Shown: in pieces, positions 1-8,675 of the stretch
How the letters are laid out: every line of letters starts with the position of its first letter
Numbering within the stretch: position 1 is the first letter of the stretch
Source of the DNA: an uncultured Pseudomonadota bacterium
GTDB lineage: Bacteria > Pseudomonadota > Gammaproteobacteria > Methylococcales > Methylomonadaceae
NCBI GenBank assembly: GCA_903875455.1
Contig: CAIQWF010000086.1
Coordinates: 1-16,794 of the forward strand
Reading direction: 5' to 3'
Length of the DNA stretch: 16,794 nucleotides
The notes under the pieces: model-generated
Database searches by the model: none
What the model saw: only the letters and a program-made list of their open reading frames with translations
What the model was told of the DNA's origin: nothing
Made by a program: the position numbers and the translations under genes

Positions 1-166
1 CGCAACCCACGTCGAGCACCGTGCCGATTAAATCGTGGCTAATAATTTGAGTTAATAAGTCCCGCCCTACCCTTCTTTGTAAATCCGCTACAGCATCGTA
101 AGTGTTGGCGGCTTGAGAAAATGAGCTTTTTACCCAGATTTTGTCCAACTGCCTGTCAAACAACAT
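1..166 (-). CDS. bioC: Malonyl-ACP O-methyltransferase BioC, N-terminal part only; the gene runs off the left edge of the window
   Basis: I translated the reverse complement of 1..166 by hand. It gives MLFDRQLDKIWVKSSFSQAANTYDAVADLQRRVGRDLLTQIISHDLIGTVLDVGCG. This has the BioC N-terminal pattern (F..AA..Y...A.LQR) and the start of SAM-methyltransferase motif I (VLDVGCG). The ATG at 166..164 overlaps the bioH stop at 156..158 by 11 nt, as in bioH-bioC operons. Confidence 0.6.
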   Translation of the reverse strand, partial: MLFDRQLDKIWVKSSFSQAANTYDAVADLQRRVGRDLLTQIISHDLIGTVLDVGC

Positions 167-932
167 TCGTGGTCCCCATAAACTCTTTTAGAACTGCAAT
201 TAATTCTGCTTGATGGGACAAAAATGGTACATGCCCTGCTCTATTAATAATGCTGACTCTAAGGCGTGGATTTAAATTCAGCATTTGCTCACCTACAGCC
301 ACCGGCACTAAAGTATCGTGACTTCCTAAAATCACTTGCACAGGACAATGCAATTTAGTTAACTGTGGGCGTAAATCCTGCTGTTGTAAAACCTCCAAGC
401 CACCTTGTAAAATTTCTACAGTCGGAGGTTCACAATCATGCAAAGCTGTTTTTAGCTCTTTCAACACGCCTTTGTAATCCTGCAAACCTTTAACTTGCAG
501 AGACAAAAATCGCAATAAAGTTCCGCGACAATCGGCAGTCAAATCAGCAGTGAATTTTTCCAGTGTTGCCTGTTTCATCCCTGCCCAAGTGGGAGTCTTC
601 ACAAAACAGGGATTGCTGCCGATAACAACCAGATTTTTGATTCGTTCAGGAAATCGAGTGGCTAAATCCAATGCTACTGCGCCTCCTAACGACCAACCTA
701 CTAAAGTACAAAGGGAAACTGGCAATATTTTTTGTAACTGGTTGCTGATATTTTCCAAGGTAAATTGAGGTAGCTTTTCGCTATGTCCGTGTCCGGGCAA
801 GTCTACACATATCACTTGATAATGCTGTGCGAGTTGTTTGGCAAAAGTCCGCCATATACCAGTGTGCATGGCCCAGCCATGAATTAATAGTACCGGTTCA
901 CCGGCACCATAAGTTTCTGTGTGAATAAACAT
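156..932 (-). CDS. bioH: Pimeloyl-ACP methyl ester carboxylesterase BioH (alpha/beta hydrolase)
   Basis: 258-aa ORF. The N-terminus (GEPVLLIHGWAMHTGIWRTF) matches the BioH signature. It has a GWSLGG nucleophile elbow and a C-terminal His (AGHVPFLSH). bioC lies immediately downstream and overlaps it. Confidence 0.75.
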   Translation of the reverse strand: MFIHTETYGAGEPVLLIHGWAMHTGIWRTFAKQLAQHYQVICVDLPGHGHSEKLPQFTLENISNQLQKILPVSLCTLVGWSLGGAVALDLATRFPERIKNLVVIGSNPCFVKTPTWAGMKQATLEKFTADLTADCRGTLLRFLSLQVKGLQDYKGVLKELKTALHDCEPPTVEILQGGLEVLQQQDLRPQLTKLHCPVQVILGSHDTLVPVAVGEQMLNLNPRLRVSIINRAGHVPFLSHQAELIAVLKEFMGTTNVV

Positions 933-1305
933 TATTAATTATTTTCTCTAAAGCAGACAGAAGCAAATCAACCTATTGAAAATGAAGTCGCTCTCGGCTA
1001 TAAAAACTTCAATATCCTGTTAGCCTCTGTACTGGGATTGGTGGACTATCTATAAGCGGGATTTTATCGCTAATTTTTTCGCCTGCCATATTTGCTATCT
1101 ATGTAGCAGCGTATTGGGATTGTTTCGGCAACTCTTCAGAAGGGGGAGCTACCCTGAATCGTTTGCCAGTTTGACCGCAGATAAGTTAAATTTGGGAGTA
1201 TAAATGCCAACGTTCTTCTCGACCCATTTCGGAACCGCTTTTTCTTTTAGATATTTGTTAATATGCTGCGCCTAGTGTAGCCACTCCACCCGCATCTGTC
1301 TAACA

Positions 1306-2121
1306 TCAAGTTTGGCATACAGGACAAAAATAACTGGCACGTTGCCCAATCTTAACTTGTTGAATTAAATGTTGACACTGATAACAAGGCAATTTTTCCC
1401 GCCCATAAACAGCTAGTGACTGACTAAAATAGCCCGGTTTTCCTTCAGCATTAACAAAATCGCGCAAAGTGGTTCCGCCTTGGTCTATGGCTCGTTGCAA
1501 TACAGCTTTAATTGATAAAGCCAATTTTTGATACTCGTTTAAGGAAATGCCGCCCGCAGCTCGTGTCGGCAAAATTCCCGCCATAAACAGTGATTCACTG
1601 GCGTAGATATTTCCCACACCTACTACATTGTGCCCATCCATTATAAAAGTTTTAATCGGTATTTTTCTCCCAGTTGCCCGGAAAAACAAATATTCCCCGT
1701 TAAAATCTTCCGTCAAAGGCTCTGGCCCTAAATTTTTTAGCAGCGGATGTATTGCAACATCTCCCTCTGCCCACAACACTGCGCCAAACTTACGCTGATC
1801 GTTAAAACGTAACACCAGCTCATTTTTAAAAAGAATATCAACATGGTCATGTTTTCCAGCTTTTTCCGAAGCATGGGTAATGCGCAAATTGCCTGACATC
1901 CCTAAATGTAAAACGATTGCGCCCAAATGGGTATTCAGCAGGCAATACTTGCCGCGCCGTGTCACGCTGTCAATTTGCAAGCCGGAGACAACGCTCGTTA
2001 AATTGGCCGGAACAGGCCAACGCAGTTGACTTTGACGTACAATGGCTGAAGTGATCGTATTACCGATAATATAAGGACTAATGCCTTTACAGGTGGTTTC
2101 GACTTCGGGTAATTCTGGCAT
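1306..2121 (-). CDS. mutM: Formamidopyrimidine-DNA glycosylase (Fpg/MutM)
   Basis: The protein starts MPELPEVETT (the catalytic Pro2 of the Fpg/Nei family) and ends with a C4 zinc finger, CYQCQ...CPVCQ. The six-frame ORF runs 24 codons further upstream to 2193. The functional start must be the Met just before Pro-Glu-Leu-Pro, so I place the start at 2121. Confidence 0.85.
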   Translation of the reverse strand: MPELPEVETTCKGISPYIIGNTITSAIVRQSQLRWPVPANLTSVVSGLQIDSVTRRGKYCLLNTHLGAIVLHLGMSGNLRITHASEKAGKHDHVDILFKNELVLRFNDQRKFGAVLWAEGDVAIHPLLKNLGPEPLTEDFNGEYLFFRATGRKIPIKTFIMDGHNVVGVGNIYASESLFMAGILPTRAAGGISLNEYQKLALSIKAVLQRAIDQGGTTLRDFVNAEGKPGYFSQSLAVYGREKLPCYQCQHLIQQVKIGQRASYFCPVCQT

Positions 2122-2379
2122 AGTGAAAGATAAAAAATGGTGACACAACTGACAATGTCTTATTCTACACACATACGGCGTTGAACTTAGCAAATTTATC
2201 GTAGAATTTACTATGATGATACTTATGTTCGGGTGTAGAATTTTTAAAGACTCTAAATTTAGGTTTTAGTTTAAGAGTAATGTTTTACCCTAATCCATTA
2301 TTCAAAAAATCATGATAGGGCGAACCTAGAAAGATGTTTTTATCCTGTATGTGTAATTTTATTGTTTGGGAGAATTGTG

Positions 2380-3111
2380 ATGAATAACAAATTTAATAAA
2401 CGTATCGTTTTATTAGCTCTTAATATCGGGTTAATGGTGGGGAGTTTTGCTACAGGTAGTGCCATAGCAGCAGGGTGCGGACAAGCAAAACTGGTAGAAG
2501 CCGGAAGTGCAGGAATCAGTGTGAGTAAAAACACATGCCAGGAACAGTCAAGAGTTAATCTTGGTTCAGTATTGGAATTGTCGCCAGGAAGCAGAATGTG
2601 GTTAAAATTTGACCCCAATCCCACAGGCGAAAGCTTTCAATTGATTTGTCAAAATAGATCAGCGGCTGCGATAAATGTCAGTGTCGCCAGCACTGCTTCG
2701 CCCTGGATTAAACCCCAAGGCTTGAAAAACTGCGATCAATGGAAAAACAACAAACTTGTTTGTGAAGACGCGAGTGGAGAGAAAACCAGCTTTTTTTGCG
2801 CAATTGCCAGTGCTAAGCCAGAAAAATCCAAAAATCCGATGGAAGTGACCACCTCTGTAAAAATGCGTGGAATCCCGATGCCTGCTGTTGTACCTGTGGA
2901 AGATGTTATAAAAAGCATCAAGCCGGACATTGAGTTATGTAAAAGCTTATACAACGTAACTGAAAAAGCAGAAATGAGCTGGACTGTCTCGTTTGGAATT
3001 ATCAAAGACCTGTCAGTCAGTAGTGACAACAAAGACTTTATTACTTGTGTAGAAGGGGTAGTAAAACAGGCTAACTCAAATCAAGACGTTACCGTTAAAC
3101 ACTCTTTCTAG
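2380..3111 (+). CDS. Hypothetical secreted or periplasmic protein, Cys-rich (8 Cys), possibly a lipoprotein
   Basis: A GGGAGA ribosome-binding site sits 9-14 nt upstream of the ATG at 2380. The N-terminus MNNKFNKRIVLLALNIGLMVGSFATGSAIAAGC looks like a signal peptide, with a weak lipobox-like IAAGC. Eight cysteines are spread through the mature part. I do not recognise the family. The stop is only 10 nt before the cyclase gene. Confidence 0.55.
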   Translation: MNNKFNKRIVLLALNIGLMVGSFATGSAIAAGCGQAKLVEAGSAGISVSKNTCQEQSRVNLGSVLELSPGSRMWLKFDPNPTGESFQLICQNRSAAAINVSVASTASPWIKPQGLKNCDQWKNNKLVCEDASGEKTSFFCAIASAKPEKSKNPMEVTTSVKMRGIPMPAVVPVEDVIKSIKPDIELCKSLYNVTEKAEMSWTVSFGIIKDLSVSSDNKDFITCVEGVVKQANSNQDVTVKHSF

Positions 3112-3121
3112 TTGGTAGATT

Positions 3122-5293
3122 ATGAAAATGCGTCCCTTTACACATAAAAAGACCTTAGTTTTTTTTATGGTAGTTGCTGCTATAGTCGGCATATTTACCG
3201 ACTATAGCATGGGGACAAAAGTCGATTACTGGATACACGACTCTGCAATAGTTCATCAATATCGTAAAGAGTGGAAACACACTGGCATCGTAGTGCTGGA
3301 TAATGATGTTCCTTTCAGAGTCACCCGTATTCAGGCATTGCCACTGTTTGCCAGAGCAATTGAGCGTTTGGTTGCGGCAGGGGCGAAAGGCGTTTTTCTG
3401 GATGCCCAGGTATCCAAAGAAATAGAAGGGACAATGCCTTATGCCGTCTGTCTGGAGACTGACAGTAACCAACAAATACAAGCTCGCTGGTCTCGGCCGA
3501 AATGTGGTGTTAGTTCTGCAAATAAAAATGCCTGTACTATTACCAATAGCGAAGCAGGTAACGCACCACTAAAGATGAGCCCAGAAGCTATCGCCCGTTT
3601 TAGAATTGCGCCTTATCTGAATGACACTGATCACTTACCGGAGGATTTGCTTTATGACTTTGAAGCTGCTGCGGCAATTCCTGAAACTGGGGTAGTGGCC
3701 CATGAGCGTCTGGTGAGCAGATTATCTTCACCTATGGGCAGATGGCTGGATATGAGTGATGACCACGCTATTTTTCAACTAGCCAGTTTATTAAATCCTG
3801 AGAAAATTGCCAAGTTATACGAAAAAAATCCTTTATTGGACGAAAACTGTGATAACAATAGAAGATGTCGGCGAATACGATTAAGCAAGCCTATTCATGA
3901 TATCAATATAAAAAACAATCAGTTAATTTTGCCACTCAGCCAGTTAGCCTCCTGCAATAATACAATTGCCAACAAAACAGCAGCTTTGCTGAAAAATAAA
4001 TTAGTCATTTTACAAGTAGCAGGCCCTGCAGAAGCCACTGACATCATTGTAACACCAATGACCACCGCATTGTTTAGCCCTCAAATGATGACCCCTGGAG
4101 CGCAATATCTGGTCGATGAAATAGAAACTTTACTGAATCAAGATTATCCACAACAACCACCGCAAGCGGTGCGGATTCTGCTATTTATTTGTGCAGCAGC
4201 GTCAAGCGTTTGGCTAGGTGCTTATTTTTCTCTGGCTTTTTTGCTATTGAGTGCCACCGCTATTTTTATGATCATGGCCGCACTGTGCTTTTTTTATCCC
4301 ATAGTGCAATTATGGCCAGTCACAGCAGTCATGGTGACTTATTCTTTCGGTGCTTTGCAAATAGTCTCGATGCAGCTAATTTTAGGCGGCAGAAAAGGCA
4401 AAATATTATCGGAAATTTTGCCTAGACAGGTACTTGACCAACTCGAAAAAGTAGACTCGTTCAGGAGTAAACAATGCAATGTTGTAGTGCTGATGAGCGA
4501 CCTTGCAGGCTATACCACGGTCACAGAATTGTTAAAAAAGCCAGAGTATGTCATGGACCTGATGAACGACTATTTAGGCAGCACATCGATAGTGTTACAA
4601 AAAGAATACAATGGTATTTTGGAGGCTTATGTAGGAGATATGGTTTGTTATTACTGGGAATATGAAGAAGAAGAAAAACTTGCTGTTTATAAACAGGTTT
4701 TATCTGCAGCCATCAAATTATCAATTTTACAAAAAAACTTTTTCTCCTCAGTTGCTGAACGATATAAAGAATTATTAACACCGGAAGTACTTAAAGAAAT
4801 TAGCATTCTCATTAATGCCGGTATCGGTATTACTGCAGGCACTGTCGTTAAAGGTAATCTAGGTCCTAAAACAGGATTGAAAAAGTTTGCTATTTTAGGC
4901 GACCCTATTAATTTGGCTTCAAGGGTTGAAAGTTTAACCCGTCATTTTAACACTGAAATTATTGTTACAGGTGACTTTGCCGAAGCGATTACAGGAGATG
5001 AAAACTTAGCAGTTAGGCGGTTAGGAGCAATAACAGTGAAAGGAAGGCTTGTGCCGGAAGTGCTATATGCGCTAGGACAAAAAAGCGATCCCAGATTCAT
5101 GGCGGAAAACATAAACGCATGGGAACAATGGATTGCCGAAATAGAAAAAAAAGCTAATGCCAAAAACACTGCCAATGCCCGCATTATAGCCGCCTGCCCT
5201 ACAATTTATAGCAAAGACTACAAAACGGTTCTGGATTGGAGGGAAAAAGGGGTAATGAATGAAAATGGCGTTTGGCAATTGCACGAAAAATAA
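3122..5293 (+). CDS. Membrane-bound class III adenylate/guanylate cyclase with an N-terminal CHASE2-type sensor (TM, ~310-aa periplasmic domain, 3 TM, cyclase, ~100-aa C-terminal extension)
   Basis: 723-aa ORF. The N-terminal TM helix is TLVFFMVVAAIVGIFTDY. A long extracytoplasmic region follows, then a hydrophobic block (LLFICAAASSVWLGAYFSLAFLLLSATAIFMIMAALCFFYPIVQLWPVTAVMVTYSFGALQIVSMQLILGG). The class III cyclase core motifs are present: VVVLMSDLAGYT (metal Asp), AYVGDMV (second Asp), TAGTVVKGNLG and GDPINLASRVESL (transition-state Asn/Arg). This topology matches CHASE2-cyclase proteins. Confidence 0.75.
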   Translation: MKMRPFTHKKTLVFFMVVAAIVGIFTDYSMGTKVDYWIHDSAIVHQYRKEWKHTGIVVLDNDVPFRVTRIQALPLFARAIERLVAAGAKGVFLDAQVSKEIEGTMPYAVCLETDSNQQIQARWSRPKCGVSSANKNACTITNSEAGNAPLKMSPEAIARFRIAPYLNDTDHLPEDLLYDFEAAAAIPETGVVAHERLVSRLSSPMGRWLDMSDDHAIFQLASLLNPEKIAKLYEKNPLLDENCDNNRRCRRIRLSKPIHDINIKNNQLILPLSQLASCNNTIANKTAALLKNKLVILQVAGPAEATDIIVTPMTTALFSPQMMTPGAQYLVDEIETLLNQDYPQQPPQAVRILLFICAAASSVWLGAYFSLAFLLLSATAIFMIMAALCFFYPIVQLWPVTAVMVTYSFGALQIVSMQLILGGRKGKILSEILPRQVLDQLEKVDSFRSKQCNVVVLMSDLAGYTTVTELLKKPEYVMDLMNDYLGSTSIVLQKEYNGILEAYVGDMVCYYWEYEEEEKLAVYKQVLSAAIKLSILQKNFFSSVAERYKELLTPEVLKEISILINAGIGITAGTVVKGNLGPKTGLKKFAILGDPINLASRVESLTRHFNTEIIVTGDFAEAITGDENLAVRRLGAITVKGRLVPEVLYALGQKSDPRFMAENINAWEQWIAEIEKKANAKNTANARIIAACPTIYSKDYKTVLDWREKGVMNENGVWQLHEK

Positions 5294-5364
5294 TCAGATG
5301 TATTTTTCATTAAGATTAATTCAACAATCCATAGTAAAGCTAACCATTTTTCATTTTATTATGA

Positions 5365-7227
5365 GTGATTATAATTTTGAAAAAACTCAAGTTAATAAAA
5401 TCAAGCAGGCAACATAATCAGCCGCAAACTATCCCAGACATTTTTGATCAGGCTTTTGAATTACACCAACAAAGACAATTTCAACAAGCGGAAATTTTGT
5501 ATCAGAAAGTATTAAGGAAACAACCCCAACATTTCGATGCGCTTCATTTATTAGGCGTACTTGCCAAACAAAAAGGCCAAAATCAGCGTGCAGTCGATTT
5601 AATCAGTCTCGCAATCAAGATAAATCCTAACATTGCTATTGCTCATTCAAATTTAGGTGTAGCCCTTTATGATATGCAGCTGTTTGAAAAAGCAATCGCT
5701 AGTTATGATAATGCTTTGGCCATCAATCCTGATAATGCAGAAGCATTGTCCAATCGAGGCAATGCCTTGCAAAACCTCAATCGTCATGAAGAAGCATTAG
5801 TCAACTATAATCGCGCTTTAACTATCAGCCCTAATTATTTTGATGCCCTCTACAATCGAGGCAATGCTCTACAAAATCTGGAGCGTTATAATGAAGCCCT
5901 TGATAGCTATAACCGAGCTTTAATTATTAAGCCTAATGATCCTAGCATACTATGCAACCGTGGCAACACTTTGCAAAGTCTCAAACGCTATGAGGAGGCA
6001 CTTACTATTTATGATCAAGCCTTGGCTATCAATGAAAATTATGCAAAAGCACTCTTCAACCGTGGAAGCGTACTACGCTTTTTGCATCGACTTGATGAAG
6101 CTCTGGTTAGCTATAACCGTGCTCTAGCTATTCAACCTGATTCTGCAGAAGTGCTTTATAATCTTGGAAATTTGTTCTATTTTGAAGGAAAAGCAGAAGC
6201 GGCAATCGAATATTATCTGCAAGCTATTGCTCTTAAAAATGACTATTTTGAAGCACGTTACGCATTAGGTTTTCTGTTACTTTCCTTAGGAAAGTTCAAA
6301 GAAGGATGGCAATATTATGAAGCTAGATATAATCCGAATATCCAAAATAAAAATACCATTGCACCTAACTTTCAATTTCCTCAGTGGCAAGGTGAATCGG
6401 TTATAGGTAAAACTTTAGTTATTTGGGGAGAGCAAGGCTTTGGAGATGAAATCCAGTTTTGTCGCTATGTATCTGTTCTTAAATCCCAGGGTGCAGCTTA
6501 TATTAGTTGGGTATGTAAAAAACCTCTCAAAGCTTTGTTTAAAACTTTAGAAGCCGTTGATAATGTTCTTTCTGTGGAAAATGCAAGCTCAATCCTTCGG
6601 CACGATTATTGGACTTTTGCATTAAGCATCCCGCTGCATTGCAAAACTACACTTGATAATATTCCGGCAACAGTCCCTTACCTTTATGCAAACCCAGAAA
6701 AAATAACCACAATTACATCCAAGTTAAGTTCTATGAATGAGCTTAAAATAGGTCTTTGTTGGAAAGGAAACCCTAATTTTCAAAATGATGCTGAACGCTC
6801 ACCCGGTATCGACTACTTCAGGCCTTTATTTAAACTGACTGGAATAAAGTTTTTCACCTTACAGCCTGACACTCGTGACGAGTTCCTTGCAGCTACAGAC
6901 AATGCAGGCGTTGATTTTGGACGTGAACTTGATAAAAGCAGTTTTGAAGAAGCAGCCGCTTTAATTATGAACCTTGATCTGGTGATTACCAGTTGTACCT
7001 CTATTGCTCATTTAGCAGGTGCTTTAAATAAGCCGGTCTGGATTGTTTTACCCTTTAGTGCTGACTGGCGATGGCTAACTAACAGGGAAGACAGTCCTTG
7101 GTATCCAAACACACGCCTCTTTCGACAATCTCAACGTGGTAATTGGAGCGAAGTTATTCAGCATATAGAAAAAAAATTGAAAGAAGTCGTCTTAGGAAAA
7201 AGTCAGATTATATGGCCTCTTTCGTAA
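5365..7227 (+). CDS. TPR-repeat protein with a C-terminal glycosyltransferase family 9 (heptosyltransferase-fold)-like domain
   Basis: 620-aa ORF. At least 7 tandem 34-aa TPR units are visible, with the recurring pattern A.YNRGNALQNL.R..EAL.SYNRAL.I.P. The C-terminal ~230 aa carry a GT9-like motif, DLVITSCTSIAHLAGALNKPVWIVLPFSADWRW, comparable to the WaaC/WaaF motif DSGPMHLAAALG.P. There is no in-frame ATG at the 5' end, so the most upstream candidate start is GTG at 5365. Confidence 0.65.
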   Translation: MIIILKKLKLIKSSRQHNQPQTIPDIFDQAFELHQQRQFQQAEILYQKVLRKQPQHFDALHLLGVLAKQKGQNQRAVDLISLAIKINPNIAIAHSNLGVALYDMQLFEKAIASYDNALAINPDNAEALSNRGNALQNLNRHEEALVNYNRALTISPNYFDALYNRGNALQNLERYNEALDSYNRALIIKPNDPSILCNRGNTLQSLKRYEEALTIYDQALAINENYAKALFNRGSVLRFLHRLDEALVSYNRALAIQPDSAEVLYNLGNLFYFEGKAEAAIEYYLQAIALKNDYFEARYALGFLLLSLGKFKEGWQYYEARYNPNIQNKNTIAPNFQFPQWQGESVIGKTLVIWGEQGFGDEIQFCRYVSVLKSQGAAYISWVCKKPLKALFKTLEAVDNVLSVENASSILRHDYWTFALSIPLHCKTTLDNIPATVPYLYANPEKITTITSKLSSMNELKIGLCWKGNPNFQNDAERSPGIDYFRPLFKLTGIKFFTLQPDTRDEFLAATDNAGVDFGRELDKSSFEEAAALIMNLDLVITSCTSIAHLAGALNKPVWIVLPFSADWRWLTNREDSPWYPNTRLFRQSQRGNWSEVIQHIEKKLKEVVLGKSQIIWPLS

Positions 7228-7517
7228 ACTCGAGTTAATCGATCCCATGTACTTTTAGCACAGCCGCAGTTTAGAAAAGTTTATACAGCTTTTTAATTAT
7301 CAACTCCAAGCTATGATTTGAACTAACATCTTGTTTGGTGTTACTCTAAGAACCTTATAATTTTAAAAAGAAAAAGGGATTTTGTAATAACGAAAAAGTG
7401 TGTTTTCACAATTAGCCGGAACAAATTCAAAGCACCCAAATTTTTTATGTAACTTTTAATTGCGGCTAATATTCAAAAGCTTAACAATAATATTTGAAAA
7501 ATATCAGGAGATATCTC

Positions 7518-8588
7518 ATGAGGATTAAAAAAATAAGAAGGCAAATTTTTCTGCCATTGCTTTTTATGGCAAGCCAATCTGCATATGCAGTATATACTCT
7601 CGACCCTGCTACTTGCCCCGCAGGTACAACAGGGACATTAGCTGGGATAGGTTATATTTCTGCGGGAACCTTTTTCCCTGCAACATTCGGCTCACCTGTT
7701 TATGATTGTACTACTGTACCTGTTGTTTCTGCACCTACAATACAGACTTTACAAATTGAAAGAACAACATCCAATCTTACTAACCAGCATATTATGGATA
7801 AGGTAGTTCACGAATATGGGTCAAATAGTCCAGGTGCTGCTTCAGGCGATTCAAATGACTACAAACCTGATGCCGTTTGGGGAGAAACCAACCTTTCCAG
7901 CCTGACCGAACATAATAGTAAAGTGCCCGGATTTGCTTCCAACATTTATCAATTCGTTGGTGGACTCGACAAGCGGCATGGCGACCTATTCTATGGCGCT
8001 GCACTCACGTATGCTTATACCGACAACAACCTGATAGCCAATACTGATAATGTAATGCACACTGTCGGCGTTACCCCTTACATGGCTTATAAAATTAATG
8101 ACTTTCTATTTGCTTCTGGATTAGCAAGTTACTATTACTCAAACACCAGCGGCAGTGCCGGCACCCGCAATATAGATACCCATGATTATCAAGGTGAAGC
8201 CAATATTAATGCTTTCAAGGTGCTTGGCTCTTTTACCTTGAAAGGACGGGCCGGTGTTCGATATAAACATACCAACTCCTCACAAAAAGGTGCTCCAGTC
8301 GGCAGGGATAATACCTTTGACGAGGTTACCGGCATTGTTGACGCTCAAGTAGACTATAAATTTGATAACGGCCTGACCTTATTTACCGGAGCTTTGTATA
8401 ACCATTATACCCGCGAGGCAAGTGGCGCAAGCACTTTGGTAAGAGGCAATGATGTCGTCTGGATGCGCTATGGTGCTGAATATCCTGTTACTAAAACTTT
8501 AATGGTTGGAGCTAAAATCGAAAACGATCTTAATGATAGATTCACAAATTACCTGACAGGCAGTTTAAATTTTCGTTTAGAGCTGTAA
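7518..8588 (+). CDS. Outer-membrane beta-barrel protein, autotransporter beta-domain-like, with a short passenger
   Basis: An AGGAGA site sits 7 nt before the ATG at 7518. The track ORF begins at TTG 7494. The signal peptide is MRIKKIRRQIFLPLLFMASQSAYA. The C-terminal ~250 aa show alternating hydrophobic/aromatic beta-strand patterning with Gly/Tyr-rich turns (GAALTYAYTDNN..., GVTPYMAYKINDFLFASGLASYYY, LTGSLNFRLEL), typical of autotransporter translocator domains. Confidence 0.5.
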   Translation: MRIKKIRRQIFLPLLFMASQSAYAVYTLDPATCPAGTTGTLAGIGYISAGTFFPATFGSPVYDCTTVPVVSAPTIQTLQIERTTSNLTNQHIMDKVVHEYGSNSPGAASGDSNDYKPDAVWGETNLSSLTEHNSKVPGFASNIYQFVGGLDKRHGDLFYGAALTYAYTDNNLIANTDNVMHTVGVTPYMAYKINDFLFASGLASYYYSNTSGSAGTRNIDTHDYQGEANINAFKVLGSFTLKGRAGVRYKHTNSSQKGAPVGRDNTFDEVTGIVDAQVDYKFDNGLTLFTGALYNHYTREASGASTLVRGNDVVWMRYGAEYPVTKTLMVGAKIENDLNDRFTNYLTGSLNFRLEL

Positions 8589-8614
8589 GTTGTAGTCATA
8601 CCTAAACTCAATCA

Positions 8615-8640
8615 AAGCCTCGTTAATCGGGGCTTTTTTA
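8615..8640 (+). terminator. Rho-independent terminator after the outer-membrane protein gene
   Basis: AAAGCCTCG-ttaat-CGGGGCTTT hairpin with one mismatch, followed by TTTTTT at 8634..8639. It lies 27 nt after the stop at 8588. Confidence 0.6.
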
Positions 8641-8675
8641 TCTGCACAAAAAATAACATACTTTATGGAGTTCTC

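Noticed and set aside
550-768. 72-aa plus-strand ORF inside bioH
   Set aside because: It is antisense to a well-supported BioH coding sequence.
2122-2193. N-terminal 24-codon extension of the mutM ORF
   Set aside because: Fpg catalysis needs Pro as the first residue after Met, so the extension is non-coding.
2340-3481. Minus-strand ORFs of 94, 98 and 108 aa overlapping the secreted-protein and cyclase genes
   Set aside because: They are antisense to longer ORFs with good start contexts and domain signatures. They have no motifs.
7228-7300. Possible terminator after the TPR-GT gene; the sequence also has XhoI (CTCGAG) and ClaI (ATCGAT) sites right at the stop
   Set aside because: I could not form a convincing GC-rich stem before the TTTTT at ~7286. 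The restriction sites are most likely coincidence and not evidence of engineering.
7494-7517. TTG start at 7494 for the outer-membrane protein
   Set aside because: A downstream ATG at 7518 has a canonical AGGAGA ribosome-binding site at 7-nt spacing and yields a proper signal peptide. The TTG start would add a charged 8-aa leader.
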